The notes under the pieces are model-generated. The model was not told the origin of the DNA. It did not search any database and worked only from the letters and a program-made list of their open reading frames with translations. Positions 32,638 to 45,389 of a stretch of DNA of 64,000 bases are shown here, piece by piece (the stretch's first letter is position 1; each line of letters starts with the position of its first letter). This DNA comes from Lama glama. Lineage: Eukaryota. The position numbers and the translations under genes were made by a program. Where the stretch lies: positions 40,364,001-40,428,000 of the forward strand of contig CM052816.1 in NCBI GenBank assembly GCA_028534125.1, given 5' to 3'.

Positions 32638-35057
32638 ATAAGCAAGAATTAGATTCTTTTTAATCAAATAAAAAAAGCTTATAGGGGGAAAAACTCCTCT
32701 AAAGTTAAAGAGTTGTAAACAGTTAATTGGTCACTATAAATCATTTTTATGAATGCTTCATGGAGTTATTTAACACCATGTTATTATCATTTTCTTCTCC
32801 TAATGCTGTTCTCTGTGTTCCTGATGGTGGAACCAGGATTTCAACAGATAAAATCATCTAGACATTATAGACTGAAAGAATTCATTGAGGATCACTTAGG
32901 CACTCTTAATTAGGAATTTATAGTGAAATAGAAAGAGTCTAGGCACAAGTTCTTATACTTCAGAAAATGAGTTTTATTAACAGTATTAGTTCACATAAAA
33001 TCTTAAAAATGTTGAAGTATGTAAGAGAATAAGCTATGTCAGACACTTTAGAAGACTCATTTATGTTGAGTTCTAGTCTTATTTAGTAATTAATTTTTTA
33101 TGTTTTCTAAATACTGCTGAGATATCCTTTTTCCTGTTACTATATATAGCTGAGTTTGAATGTCCTATAATTGTGTGTGTGTGTGTGCATGTGCACTTGT
33201 GTCTATTAGCTCAAACTACATTTCCTGCAGATGAGAAAAGCTCTTTGACCTATAGTAAATTGGATTATATAAAAACATAGAGGACAAAATTAAAATATGA
33301 GTACAAGTTATTTTCCTTGTTAAATATATTGAGGGTAGTATCATTGTTTTCAAGGAACCGCAAAGGGTTCATCTTTAAAAAAACAGAAAACAAGGGGATA
33401 TATAAAGTCTTGTTTATTGTATTTATACAGTGTAGACACGTGTTCTGGGTGAGACAGATACTACCTCACCCCCAATCATTCATATTAACTCTCTAGGCCG
33501 TCAAAAACTACTTTTACTGTGAAGATTGTTTGTTGTTATTTTATAATGGAAATCTGGCTCAATAATACCTTGTGTAATACTCTACTTGAAAACAACATTA
33601 ATAGACATACCAGTAAAACATACAGATGAACTTGGACTTTTGTTTAGGTTAAAAAGTCACCTCCAGAAAAGATAATCATTTTCTATTAATGCTCAAACTA
33701 CTATGCACTTCACTGAACTATGTGGAAGGACACAGTGTCTTATTAGAAGATTAGTTTACATTATAGGCTGACAAGAATGGCTTGTAAAGTGTGATTCATA
33801 TTCTGAAACAGCACACTAAAGATAATTTCTCCGCTGTCTAGTCTGTAATAATGAAAATAACCAAGAAACTACATCCTAGACTTTATAGATCCATAAACAT
33901 ACACAAAATCAGGTCACCCTATGCCACCATTGTCATTCTCCATTCATATTTACTATGGTTGTTTCCTTTGTCCAGATCTATGCTTGTATTAAAAATGGGA
34001 ATAGGATCAGCTGTTTAGCTTGCAGGAATACTTCCTCATTTCCAGAATGAGCAAGGTATCAAGCACCAAATAATAAGAGGAGAGACAACCAATTATATAT
34101 GCTCTGTGAATTAAATCTACAATTTATCTATTGATCTAGTCAGTGTAAGAATAATCAAGGCCAAAAATTAAAATATATTAAAATATGCAGGGAACTATCA
34201 AAACAGCCTAAAAATAATGGAGAAAGAATCTGTCCATCATCTTTATGTTGCGGAGAAACCGTTGGCTACTTGGGACAAGACTTCTTGAAATAAAACACTG
34301 TAATATGGTAAAGCCCCAGAGAGGAAGTTACACTGGAAAAAGTTGAACCGATGACTGTCATCAAAGATACAAGTTGGGGTGAAATGAGTGTTTTTATCCT
34401 CTTTTCAAAGGGCTGCAGATGTTTTCATGCATCTTACTGCTCACGGTCATATGAAAGGCCTGCCTGGCCCTCTAGGCCTAGGAGACGTGCAGTGGAATAC
34501 ACTCTGGAGTGAAGTACTCCATGTGCTTGGAAGAGGGCTGCCTATATGCTAACTGCAGAGGGAAGGCTTGAGAAGTGGGAGAGGTCTTCTCTCCCGTGCC
34601 TCAGCAGACAGCTCACACCTTGCCTGACCAACTAGAACAAAAGCATGTGTCTCCCTCCATTTCTGGTTTGCAACTGCCTGAGAGAATCCAACAGTCTGAC
34701 CTGAATGAGGGCTGTGGGAACACCAAATTGTGAACGACCAGAAGAAAAGTATCAGTCATAATTAAAGTAACTAGAGGCATGAACATCTGACCAAAAACCA
34801 AAACAAGTGAAATCTGAGGCAGAAGTGATCAAGGAAGCAGAGGAGAATTCCCAGAAAAATATTAATAATGTTCAAAGAGAGATGCTTATAGTCAGCTCTT
34901 CCTCCAAAATCCTTTAGGAATCAGAAAGCATGATTTCCAAATAAGAAGAAACCACTATGTAAACAAACAAAAAAGACTATGGTCATTGTTGAAGAAGAAA
35001 TGTCCCCAATGTGAGAGAAATATGTAATGTGAAAATTATAAGTAAAAAATTCTAGAG

Positions 35058-35262
35058 CAGAATTTTCCAACAATTGGGCTCTTTCAGATTGCTGAGCAGC
35101 TGATGGGGTTCACGTGTGCTGAAATATTGATTCCTCACAAGGACTTGGTCAACTGTGAAGGTCTCTGGTGGCCAAGGTGCCCGGGCTGCTACCCTATGCA
35201 GCCTATTCCCTTGGCCACTGATGCTGTAAAAAGGAAATGAAAGAGGCTGGGAACTCCAGTGC
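35058..35262. mobile_element. hAT-Charlie MITE (MER112/MER102-group, uncertain)
   Basis: CAGAATTTTCCAAC start, GTGTGCTGAAATATTGAT core and GAGGCTGGGAACTCCAG end. Confidence 0.45.
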
Positions 35263-35885
35263 AGAATGTAGATCCAAAGAACTCATGTATGAATAACTGA
35301 AGTTCTACAAAGAGAATAAGAAAGTAGAGAAATAATAAAGAAAAAAAATCCCATCAAAGTCAAGTGGACTCTTCATTTGAAAACTCTCCCACAATAATGC
35401 AGAGAGTATACCTTTATATGCTTAGTTTGAGGAAAGTATTTGACAAAGTGTTGCAAACAAATGAAATTGGAAGAAGAACAATATAGAAAATGCAGAAGTA
35501 GAAAGAAAATTTAAAAATTAATATTAGGACATTAATTAAATTTATATTATAAATTAGTGTTGCTATTAGGGTTAATATTAGGACTACATACATTAATATT
35601 AGGATTATATGGTTACAAATAAATATATGATAATTATGTGGCTTGGAATTTGTAGTATAAAGATTAGGTAAACAAAAGAGACATTGGGAAAAAAATCTTG
35701 CTCCTCTGAAAATACTTGAGTTGGAGGGGGAGTGTTTTGAGAAGAATGGAAAAATAAAAACATTCTTTAAATTTTATTAACATGGGAGAGAGAAGTGAGG
35801 AAGTTAAACATTTTTTGTGTCGGGTTCACAGTTATTATTAATTTAAATGTGAAACTGGTGAAATATGATGGTTCAGGGTGGGAGA

Positions 35886-36258
35886 TGTAACAATTTGTTT
35901 TAGTACCATTCCAGGTCTGTGCACCTGCCTTGTTTTCCTGCCAAAAGCAGTCTTGACAATGGCTTAAACTGGTAAAGCCAGTTTGTTGCAGCTGCTGCTA
36001 CATACTGATAGGTTGACAGTCAGGGAGACTAGGGATTGAGGAAAAGGGGCCACTGCACAGGTAGCTCTATGTACCTCCTATATCTGGTCACAGTGTCTTG
36101 CCTTGCATCCAGGCAGCCTACTTCTAGCCCACATCTTGAGGCCTGCACAACTTTTAAGTATGGATATCTTAGAACTGCTGTTGAGTGGACACTTAAGAAC
36201 AAATTTTGACAATAAAATGTGGGATAAGATACATCCTCCCTTCTATCCCTTGTCAACA
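35886..36258 (-). mobile_element. Possible unclassified old solo LTR
   Basis: TGTAACA...TGTCAACA termini and a GC-richer block inside an A-rich L1 scaffold. Flanks GAGA/GAGT. Confidence 0.3.
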
Positions 36259-36373
36259 GAGTATAAATAAAGTGATAGATGGAGATGTTTCAGGCAATTA
36301 CAAACTGACAATGAACAGGAATCATAATTAAAACAGGTAAAGTTGAATTCAAGTTAAAAATATTAACTGAGAC

Positions 36374-36716
36374 TATTTAATTAAGGAGGTCCTTAGACTG
36401 AGGTAGTTCTATTATCTTAGCAGCCTATGTAAACAAATTAAAACATAAGCCTTTAATGCCTCAAGGTTAAGAAATGGAATAATGAAACCAAGCACAAACA
36501 GCCAAGGAGTCTTTTCCAAACACTGTACTCACTTAAGCTATAGCCAATCAGATAATTTCCTTGCTTTGTTTCTGCCTCATTTTATAAAAGTCTTTCCCTG
36601 ACCTTCTGTCAGTGGAGTGCTCCTTACCACTTCAGGTTTGGACTGCCTAATTTGAGTCGATTTTTGTTCACATAAAGTCTTAAAATTTTTGATATGCCTC
36701 AGTTTATCTTTCAACA
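36374..36716 (+). mobile_element. ERV1 solo LTR (MER34-like)
   Basis: 4-bp TSD AGAC at 36370-36373 and 36717-36720. AGCCAATCAG, TATAAAAG, decayed poly(A) signal CATAAA and 3' end CAGTTTATCTTTCAACA. Confidence 0.82.
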
Positions 36717-37280
36717 AGACAAAAGAAAATATAATGTAATAACAATAGGTACAGAAAATATGCCATATATTTATGACAGTTTGTGATGTCATTGTGCAGT
36801 TTTTCCACTTAGAACTTGAAGCCAAACGTAGAGGCTAAACAATATGCTGCTGAACAACCAATGGAACACTGAAGAAATAAAAAAATACTTAGAGACAAAT
36901 GCAAATGAAAACACAATAAGCCAAAATTTATGGGATGTGGCAAAAGCAGTTCTAAGAGGAAAGTTTATAGTGATACAAGCCTACCTCAGGAAACAAGAAA
37001 AATCTCAAATAAACAACCTAACCTTTCACCTAAAGGAAGTGGAAAAAGAATAACAAACAAAACCCAAAGTTAGAAGGAAAGAAGTCATAAAGATCAGAGC
37101 AGAAATAAGTGAAATAGAAACAACACAAAAAAGATCAATGAAAGTAAGAGCTGTTATTATTAAAAGATAAAATTGCTAAACATTTAGCCAGATTCATCAA
37201 GAAAAAAAAAGAAGAGGTCCCAAATGAATAAAATCAGAAATGAAAACGTAGTTACAGCCAACACCACATAAATACAAAGG

Positions 37281-37360
37281 ATCATAAAAGATTACAATGA
37301 ACAATTATATGCCAATAAAGAATCATAAAAGATTACAATGAACAATTATATGCCAATAAA
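37281..37360. repeat. 41-bp-period tandem duplication in L1 ORF2
   Basis: ATCATAAAAGATTACAATGAACAATTATATGCCAATAAA is identical at 37281-37319 and 37322-37360. Confidence 0.95.
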
Positions 37361-39695
37361 ATGGACAACCTAAAAGAAAAGACATTCCTATAAATGTAAG
37401 ATCAAGACTGAATCAAGAAGAAATAGAAAATATGAACAGACCAATTACCAGTCCTGAAATTGAATTAGTAATTAAAAAAAAATCCGAACAGACATATGTC
37501 CAGGACAAGATGACTTCACACGTGAATTCTACAAAACATTTAGAGAAGTGTTAACATCTGTCCTTCTCAAACAATTCCAAAAATTTGCAGAGGAAGGAAC
37601 ACTTCCAAACTCATTCTACAAGGTGAGCATCATCCTGATACCAAAACCAGGTATCACAAAACAATGAAAATTACAGGCCAATCTCCCAGATAAACATAAT
37701 GCAAAAATCCTCTGCAAAATATTAGCAAGCTGAATTCAGCAATACATTAAAGGACCATACACCATGATCAAGCGGAATTCATCCCAGGGATTTAAGGATA
37801 GTTCAGTATATGTAAGTCACTGTGATGTATCACATTAAAAAAATTAAAGAATTATTATCTCAATAGATGCAGAAAAAGTTTTTGACAAAATTCAACATCC
37901 ATTTATAACTAAAAACTCCCAACCAAGTGGTATAGAGGGAGTGTACCTCAACATAATAAAGGCCATATATGACAAACTCACAGTTAACATCATACTCAAC
38001 AGTGGAAAGTTCAAAGTATTTCCTCTAAGATTAGAAAAAAGACAAGGATGCCCACTGTTGCCACTTTTATCAACATAGTATTGGAAATCTTAGCCACAGT
38101 AGTAAAAAAAGAAAAAGAAATGTCATCCAAATTGGAAAGGAAGAAGTAAAATTGTCACTGTTTGCAGTTGACATAATACTATACATAGAAAATTCTAAAG
38201 ATGCAACCCCCAAAATACCCAAACTCATCAATGAGTTCAATAATGTTGCAGGATATAGAATTAATATACAGAAATCTGTTGCATTTCTATATACTAACAA
38301 TGAACTATCAGAAAGAGAAACTAAGTGAGGGGGGGATCCCAATTATAATCACCTCAAAAAGAATAAAATATTAGGAGTAAATCTAACTTACAAGATAGAC
38401 GACCTATTGTTGGAAAACTATAAGACAATGATGAAAGATGTTGAAGATGACACAAACAAAAAGATACACCATGCTCATACTGCTAAAATGACTATAGTAC
38501 CCAAGAATCTACTCATTCAGTGCAATCCCTATCAAAATGCCAATGGCATTTTTCACAGAACTAGAACAAATAATTCTAATCTTTGTATGGAAATACAAAG
38601 GACCCTGAATAGCCAAAAAATTCTTGAGAAATAAGACCAAAGCTTTGAAGGTGCCACACTCCCTAATTTCAAACTATACTTCAAAGCTTACACTAATCAA
38701 AACAGTATGTTACTGGCACAAAAATAGACACATAGTAATTGGAACAGAATAGAGAGCCCAGAAATCAACTCACATTTATATGAGCAATTAATCGATGATG
38801 GAGGAAGCAAGAAAAGAAGTGAGGAAAAGGCAGCCTCTTCAATAAATGTGGGGAAAGCTGGACATCTACATGCAAAAGAATCAAACTGGATTACTTTCTC
38901 ACACCATGTACAAAAATAAATTCAAAGAGGATTAAAGACTTAAATGTAAGACCTAAAACCATAAAAGTTCTAGAAGAAAACATAGATAGATAGTATACTC
39001 TTTGACATCAGTCTTAGTAATATTTTTTGGATATGTCTCCTTAGGCAAGGGAAACAAAAGCAAAATTAAGCAGATGGGGCAAATTATACTAAAAAGCTTT
39101 TGCACGGTGAAGGAAACTGTCAAGAAAACAAATAGGCCATGTACTGAATGGGAGAAGATATTTGCAAATGATATATCTGATAAGGGGCTAATATACAAAG
39201 AACTCATGTAGCTCAACATCAAAAATAGGAAACAACCTAACTTAAAAATGGGCAGATAATCTAAATAGACATTTTTTCAAAGAAGAGATACAGATGGCAC
39301 ATGAAGAAATGCTCAACATCATTAATCATTAGAGAAAATTCAAACCAAAGCCATAGTTGAGATATCACCTTGCATCTGTCTGAATGGCTATTATCAAAAA
39401 GACAGCAAATAACAAGTATTGGTGAGGATGTGGAGGAAAGAGAACCCTTGTGCACTGCTGCTGGGGATGTAAACTAGTGTAGCCACTGTGGAAAATAGTA
39501 TGGAAGTTCCTCAAAAAATTAAAAGTAGAACTACCATGTGATTCAACAATTCCACTCCAATTTATCAGAAGAGAAGGAAAACTTTAGTTGGAAAGATAGG
39601 TACAAGCCTGTGTTCATTGCAGCACTGTTTACAATAGCCAAAATATGGAAGCAACCTAAGTGCTCAGTGATAGATGCATGGGTAAATAAGATATT

Positions 39696-39703
39696 TATAT
39701 GTA

Positions 39704-39769
<66 letters not shown>

Positions 39770-39771
39770 TA
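39696..39771. repeat. Compound (TG)n(TA)n microsatellite
   Basis: Visible TG run followed by a TA run at the L1 ORF2/3' UTR boundary. Confidence 0.92.
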
Positions 39772-40582
39772 ATGTAGTATTACTCAGCCATAAACAAGAA
39801 TGAATCTTGCCATTTGTGAAGATATGGTTAGACCTAGAGGGTATTATGCTGAGTGAAATAAGTCAGACAGAGAAAGGGAAATAATGTGTTTTCCCTTATA
39901 TGTGAAATCTAAAACAAAAACAAAAACAAAAACAAGTGAACAAACATAACAAAACAGAAACAGAGTCATATATACAGAAAACAAACCAAAACACAACTAA
40001 ACCAAAAGAACTTCAAGCCATTTCATAGACACTATGATGAGAAAGCCCAGTAAGACTGATTATGGCAGTGTGTCTGCTCAAATCAGCAATCCAGGCATTT
40101 TTGCAGTCTCTCTTGTCCTGCCTCAGGCTACTTTAATTGAATAGTAGTCTAGTAATTAATAAGTTGTCCACAAATTGATTATCATACTAAAACTTACTAT
40201 CTAAAGTTCATACCTTAAATGGATGCTGAAGTATCAGTATTTATGATCTATTTAAGTATGACATTTACCTCGAAAAGAAATGAAAAACAAAATGCTTTTA
40301 AAGAAAGAACTAGAATGGGTAAAGTGGCTGATCTGTAGTTGTTTATTGATTAACCATTCATAGATTGACATTATAAGTGACCCTGGCATAGGCATGCAAT
40401 ATCTGAAACTTCAATATTCAAATAAAAGATTATTTGTAATATGCATAATCTTTCTTCATCAAGAAAATGTGTAACCTAATGGTCAATATGTTCGACTCGG
40501 TTAAACACATATTAAAACTCTGGCTAATATGTAGTTTATTGGTTTCTTATGAAAGAAGCCAAAAAATAATTTTTTATATCCT

Positions 40583-41162
40583 TGTAGAAAAGTAGAGATG
40601 CTGAGAAGTCTGGCTCCTATTTAGAAACCTGTGATTTTCAAGCTTTGTCATCGTCATCGGCACTGCAAAGGCTCTACCTGGCAGGACTCACTGGGGAGCT
40701 GCCCTCCCCACACCAGACTTGTCTGAGCTTCTCTCTTTGTCTGGGGCCTCGGGCAGAGCTCTTGTTCAGGCACCTCAGCCAAGGCCTCCTTGTGGGGAAA
40801 CCTTGAAGACACTTTCCCCAACTTTGACTCAGTACCCAGTACTTCTCTCCTGGCCTTCTCTCTCACGCCACCCCCACCGCAAAGTCCGTAGAAGTACCAG
40901 AACCTTTTGTTGGGGTTCCCTCAACAGTCAGATGACCCGCATGTCTTCACTGTTCCACCTGACCTTCAATTGGCACACTTTTCTGTGGGGTGAATGAGAC
41001 TAGGGGGAGTCAGCGTTTTCTCTGGTTTTAGACTCTTGCTTATTCCATCACAGTAAGTGATGAAAGACTTAACTCTTTCATTTTTGGTTTGTTGCTTTAA
41101 TTGGCTATTCTGAGACTTGGCAAGTCAGAACGCTCTTTGTCTTCTTAGCCTAACCCCTAACA
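40583..41162 (+). mobile_element. ERVL solo LTR (MER54/MER74-group)
   Basis: TG...CA termini. GAGCTGCCCTCCC, CCTTTTGTTGGGGTTCCCTCAACAGT and TTTCTCTGGTTTTAGACTCTTGCTTAT match the recalled family motifs. Confidence 0.7.
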
Positions 41163-41520
41163 GATTGGGATAACTCTTATTTAAAGTTTTTTTTAAAAAA
41201 TCTGTAAGGTATAAGAGTATGTAGAATTCAGTTAACATCATGAAATGCTTGAGAAAAGATAGAGATAACTGGCAGGGACATTTAAGTCAGAGAGTGATAT
41301 ATCATCCCCTCTTTATATTTAGGCCAAGAGCCATGTGCAAGTATTCTCCAAGAGTAATGGCATCTTTCTTATTCCTTTTTTCTTCAATTATATTGAAATT
41401 AATTCTTCAGAGTGCAACTTGCTCCCTCTTCACTGCCCACCTTGTACTTGATCAGAAGAAAAACTACAGGAAGCTAAAAAATAGTTGGGCATAAGACATA
41501 TTCTCCATTTTCTGTAAAAC

Positions 41521-41758
41521 TTTTTTTTTAATTGAAGTATAGTTGGTTTACAATGTTGTGTTAATTTCTGGTGTATAACATGGTGATTCAGTTACACACA
41601 CATATATATTCCTTTTAATATTCTTTTTCATTATAGGCTATTACAAGATATTGAATATAGTTCCCTGTGCTATACAGTAGAACCTTGCTATTTATCTATT
41701 TTATATATAGTGGTTAGTATCTGCAAATCCTGAACTCCTACTTTATCCCTCCACCTCG
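41521..41758 (-). mobile_element. Short 5'-truncated LINE-1 3' end
   Basis: Poly(T)-AATTGAAGTATAGTTGGTTTACAATGTTGTG...AAGATATTGAATATAGTTCCCTGTGCTATACAGTAG. Confidence 0.92.
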
Positions 41759-41829
41759 CCTCATCAAATTTACTCCTCCTTTATGATATGTCTTTTATAG
41801 AATTCTTTTTCTGAGTTGTTTCTCACATT

Positions 41830-42560
41830 TGCCTTTTCTTGCCTAATTCCACTGTTGACTCCTTGATTCATATCCTTATCATCCCACTTCTGTATTATTT
41901 CAATAATTTATCCACTCTCTTTGTCACCTGTACTCCTTTCAAATAAATCCTCTTAATGTTGCCACTTATTTTTCAAAAACAGTAAGTCTTGATAGCAACT
42001 CCCTATTTTAAAAGTTCCATTACATCTCTGGTACCTTCCTAAAGGATGAAGTGAAACTTCTTAGCATGGAATTTGAATACTCTAAGCAGTCCCAAATTTC
42101 TTTTCCAGTCTCTCCTGCAAATACTCCTCCAAACATCAGTTTTGGCTAAAAGAAATTATTAAAGAGGTTGTGAAAAGAGGTTAAGAACTTTCTTGTTATT
42201 AAGTCTTGTTTTTGTATTTCAGTTACTCTTATGACAATATCTGCAAATGATTTATCTGACTGGGCTAAATACCATATTCTGAATTACTACAATGTTATTT
42301 TAGTCTGTGCAGCCATTCATTCAGTTATTCATTTAACAGGCATTTCTTAAAAATTGTTTTCACTAGATACTCTACCAGACGTTGGAGATGCTTGACCCCT
42401 TTCTTCCTGGGCAGGAACATGTATATTTGACCTTCTATTTCCCCTACTCTTACTTCCTACAATGTCCTGCTCAAACATCCTCTCTTCTATGAAGCCACCT
42501 ATAACACTTGTGCCAACCCCAGCATAATTAACTCTCTTCTCTGTGCCTTATAGGGGTGCT
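41830..42560. mobile_element. LINE-2 fragments
   Basis: TCCCACTTCTGTATTATTTCAATAAT, GATGAAGTGAAACTTCTTAGCATGG, a CATTCATTCAGTTATTCATTTAACA tail and TCTTCTATGAAGCC. Confidence 0.55.
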
Positions 42561-43399
42561 TGTATCTTACAGTAAAAACAAGCAAACAACACTGTATTCT
42601 TATTTGAGTTGAAGTAGACATATGCAATTGATATCTGATTTTAAACGTTACTAGTAATAAAAACAGTATAGCAAGTATGAGTACCACATTAGAACAAGTT
42701 AAAACAAAATAGCTTGATGCAAAAAAACACAATACAAAGTAGATTGCAATCCAGTATTCTTTTTGCCACTTACATTTGATCTTTAAGAGCCTCTAATCCT
42801 GGAAAGCTGTATTTTTCATGTTTATAACTTTAAGCAGCATATCTAGAAAAATAAAACATTTGCTTAGCCTTCCAGGTTTCTCTTTCCTCTCCCTTTTGCT
42901 TTTCTATCACTGTGGTCTAAGCACCAGGCAATGAATGTCATCAAGCTATTTGCACATCTTTAATATCCTCAGTGATGTATTAATTTATTGGACAGTATGA
43001 AGGGAACCAGGCAGAACTGAGACTTTGTCTCTGACCTTGAGGATTTTGGAAGACTAATGTCAGTGGTCATTGGTTATATCTTATTGGGGCAGTCAGGGCC
43101 AAATATGCTACTAACCCTATGGTACATACTTAGGTTTTGTTACATATACATTGGTATATGGCTAACAAAGTGTTGGAAATCTTTGGTATGTTTATTTTTT
43201 TAACAGTTTTCTTACACATATAAGAATACACAAAAAAGTATTTGTGAGCAAGGAATACATATAATTATATTATGCACAGTCTTTGGAGACACTCTCTTTT
43301 TCTCTTCTTTATTGCTTGGTTCCTCTTCTTCCAACCTCTGTCCTTACCTGTCTGCTTCAGTTAACCTGTTAACTCAAGTTACCAACCTAGAAAATATTC

Positions 43400-44080
43400 T
43401 TTCTTATTTTTCTTCATTCCTATTTAATAAATGCTTTCACATCCTCCCTCATACATGTATACATACTATATATGCTTATATAATAACAATTATATCTAGT
43501 AGGTATCCATATATATGCATTATATTTTTGGTTACTGCTCTGAGATCATGAGATAATATACATTTCTCTGAACCTTAATTTTTCACACAGCAGTACCTAG
43601 TGAAATACTTCCAAGTCAATTGAAGTAGTTTTTATGAATTTTTGTTAATAATAGTTGGTATATCATGGCACAGATATAATGTGATTAATCAAAAATTCTT
43701 CTATTAATGGGCATCCTACTTTTTTAAAGTTTTGTTTGTTTTTGATCACTAAAAGCAATGCTTCAAGTAGCAACTATTGAGTCATAAGCTTACTACCACT
43801 GGCTTTATTTTAGTATATAGGTTCACTGCATTAAGGAATATATGAATATATATAAGATATATTTGTGTTTTGTGTATATGTACACATTTATATCTTTTCA
43901 TTTGCTTTCACTAAAGACTATACAAGTCACATTTCTATCGGCATTGTGTGTGAACACTTTTTCAAAACATCCTTTCAGGAATAGATGTTTCCAAGATACC
44001 ACACAGATAAAAGGTGTATTTGAAAATTTCTTTCTATTAGCATTATTTAAAAATTAATGTTTATTTTTAATGTCCCAGAG
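43400..44080 (-). mobile_element. Ancient L1ME-type 3' fragment
   Basis: AATTCTTCTATTAATGGGCATC and CACTAAAAGCAATGCTTCAAG patterns. Heavily decayed. Confidence 0.45.
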
Positions 44081-44099
44081 TCTTAGGTAATAATTAACA

Positions 44100-44600
44100 A
44101 GAACATCGTGACACATGGCTTTATAGATCTTTACAGTTATATAGGGGACAAAAACAATGAACAGTACTGTATACTAATGACAGGGGAAATGTAGAAACAG
44201 CATTCATGTAGAAAAATATAGGTGCGATACTTAACACAGACTTGGGGGTCAAGAACCATCTCCAGTGGAAGTGACATCTAACCTGAGACCTGAGGGATGA
44301 ATGATAATTACAGAGGTAATGTTTGGGGGCTAGTTTCCTAAGGAGGAAAGACAGATACTGGAAAATCTAAGAAGCCAAAGAGAGCTAATTCAGATATCAA
44401 AAAATATACTGAGTATAGAGTCTTAGAATTCTTAAGTGGGGAATAGCAAGAGATGAGACTAGATAGCAAGAGATGAGTTAGATACTAAGAGCGTTATTAG
44501 TCATGCTAAGACATCCTGTGACAGTGGGAAGTTGTGGATAGTTTAAGAAATGTAGCATTATGATTGGATATTATGTTGTTAAGCAATCACTCTGTTAAGC
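44100..44600 (-). mobile_element. LINE-2 remnant
   Basis: CTTAACACAGACTTGGGGGTCAAG...GGAAGTGACATCTAACCTGAGACCTGAGGGATGAAT. Confidence 0.65.
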
Positions 44601-45389
44601 TCTGACATCTAGCCTGTACATTTGACATTCATTTGATAACTAACACTCACTATTTAAATTATTTGTTCCTCCTAGGTTCTTATTTGGTTGTAGGGATTAT
44701 TATTCTCTTTGGGTAGGGCATAGGTATTTTAAATGTTGGCAATGAATCTTTTCTACTTTTGATTGATCCTTTAAAAATATTCACAATATTGTTTAGTATG
44801 TCACATAATTATATTTTATTTCATTTTCTATTTGTATCATCATCTCATTGGGAAAAAAGAAGCACCGGTATTAGGGATTATACAGATGATGATAAGTTTA
44901 AACCCAGGGAGTTTATTCAGCAAAACTAAATCTCATATCAATCAAAGGACCAAGAAGAAATTCTGTGGGAAGATATCCCTGTTAGGGATCTTCTAGTGTA
45001 ACAGAAGTTAAACATTAGCGTAATAAAGTTTTCTATATTTTTCCCCCTGGGCAAACAATGAATTATGGTTCTAACTTGCCTCACATGATTGTTGTATCCA
45101 AGGGGATTATTTATATCATATTATTTTGTAAATTACTAAGTATTCTTTAAATGTTATTAATCATTATTATTATAATCCCAGTTATACCAGACTACGTTTA
45201 GAAATTATTTGAATAAATTGATTGACATGACACTGAGGTATGGTTTTAAGATGATTATACTTTTCTTCAGAAATAGACCAATTTCTTTATTTTATTAAAA
45301 AAGGCAAGCCATGTTGACCAATATTGGACCTAGAGAAAAGAAATGGATATATTTCTGCTTTCAGAATGATACAGACATATTTTAGTACC

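Larger units (their letters stand above)
34230..36810 (+). mobile_element. Highly decayed ancient L1/HAL1 scaffold with nested insertions
   Basis: A-rich ORF1/ORF2-like stretches (GGAAGCAGAGGAGAATTCCCAGAAAAATATTAATAATGTTCAAAGAGAGAT; ACAGGTAAAGTTGAATTCAAG...AGACAAAAGA). Boundaries approximate. Confidence 0.4.
36825..40006 (+). mobile_element. 5'-truncated LINE-1 (ORF2 plus partial 3' UTR)
   Basis: Peptides MLLNNQWNTEEIKKYLETN...[30 protein letters not shown] and [12 protein letters not shown] (decayed FADD). 14-bp TSD AGAACTT(G/C)AAGCCA at 36811-36824 and 40007-40020. Confidence 0.95.

Noticed and set aside
36844..39777. Cluster of ORFs as a gene or active L1
   Set aside because: This is L1 ORF2 with many stops and frameshifts, FADD decayed to FAVD, and no ORF1 or promoter.
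40654..40997. GC-rich ORFs suggesting a coding exon or CpG-island promoter
   Set aside because: They lie wholly within an ERVL-type solo LTR, and CpG density is too low for an island.
44443..44484. Short direct repeats here and at 5334-5360, 21695-21726 and 51404-51425 as an array or CRISPR-like structure
   Set aside because: These are isolated two-copy slippage duplications in mammalian DNA, with no spacer array and no cas genes.
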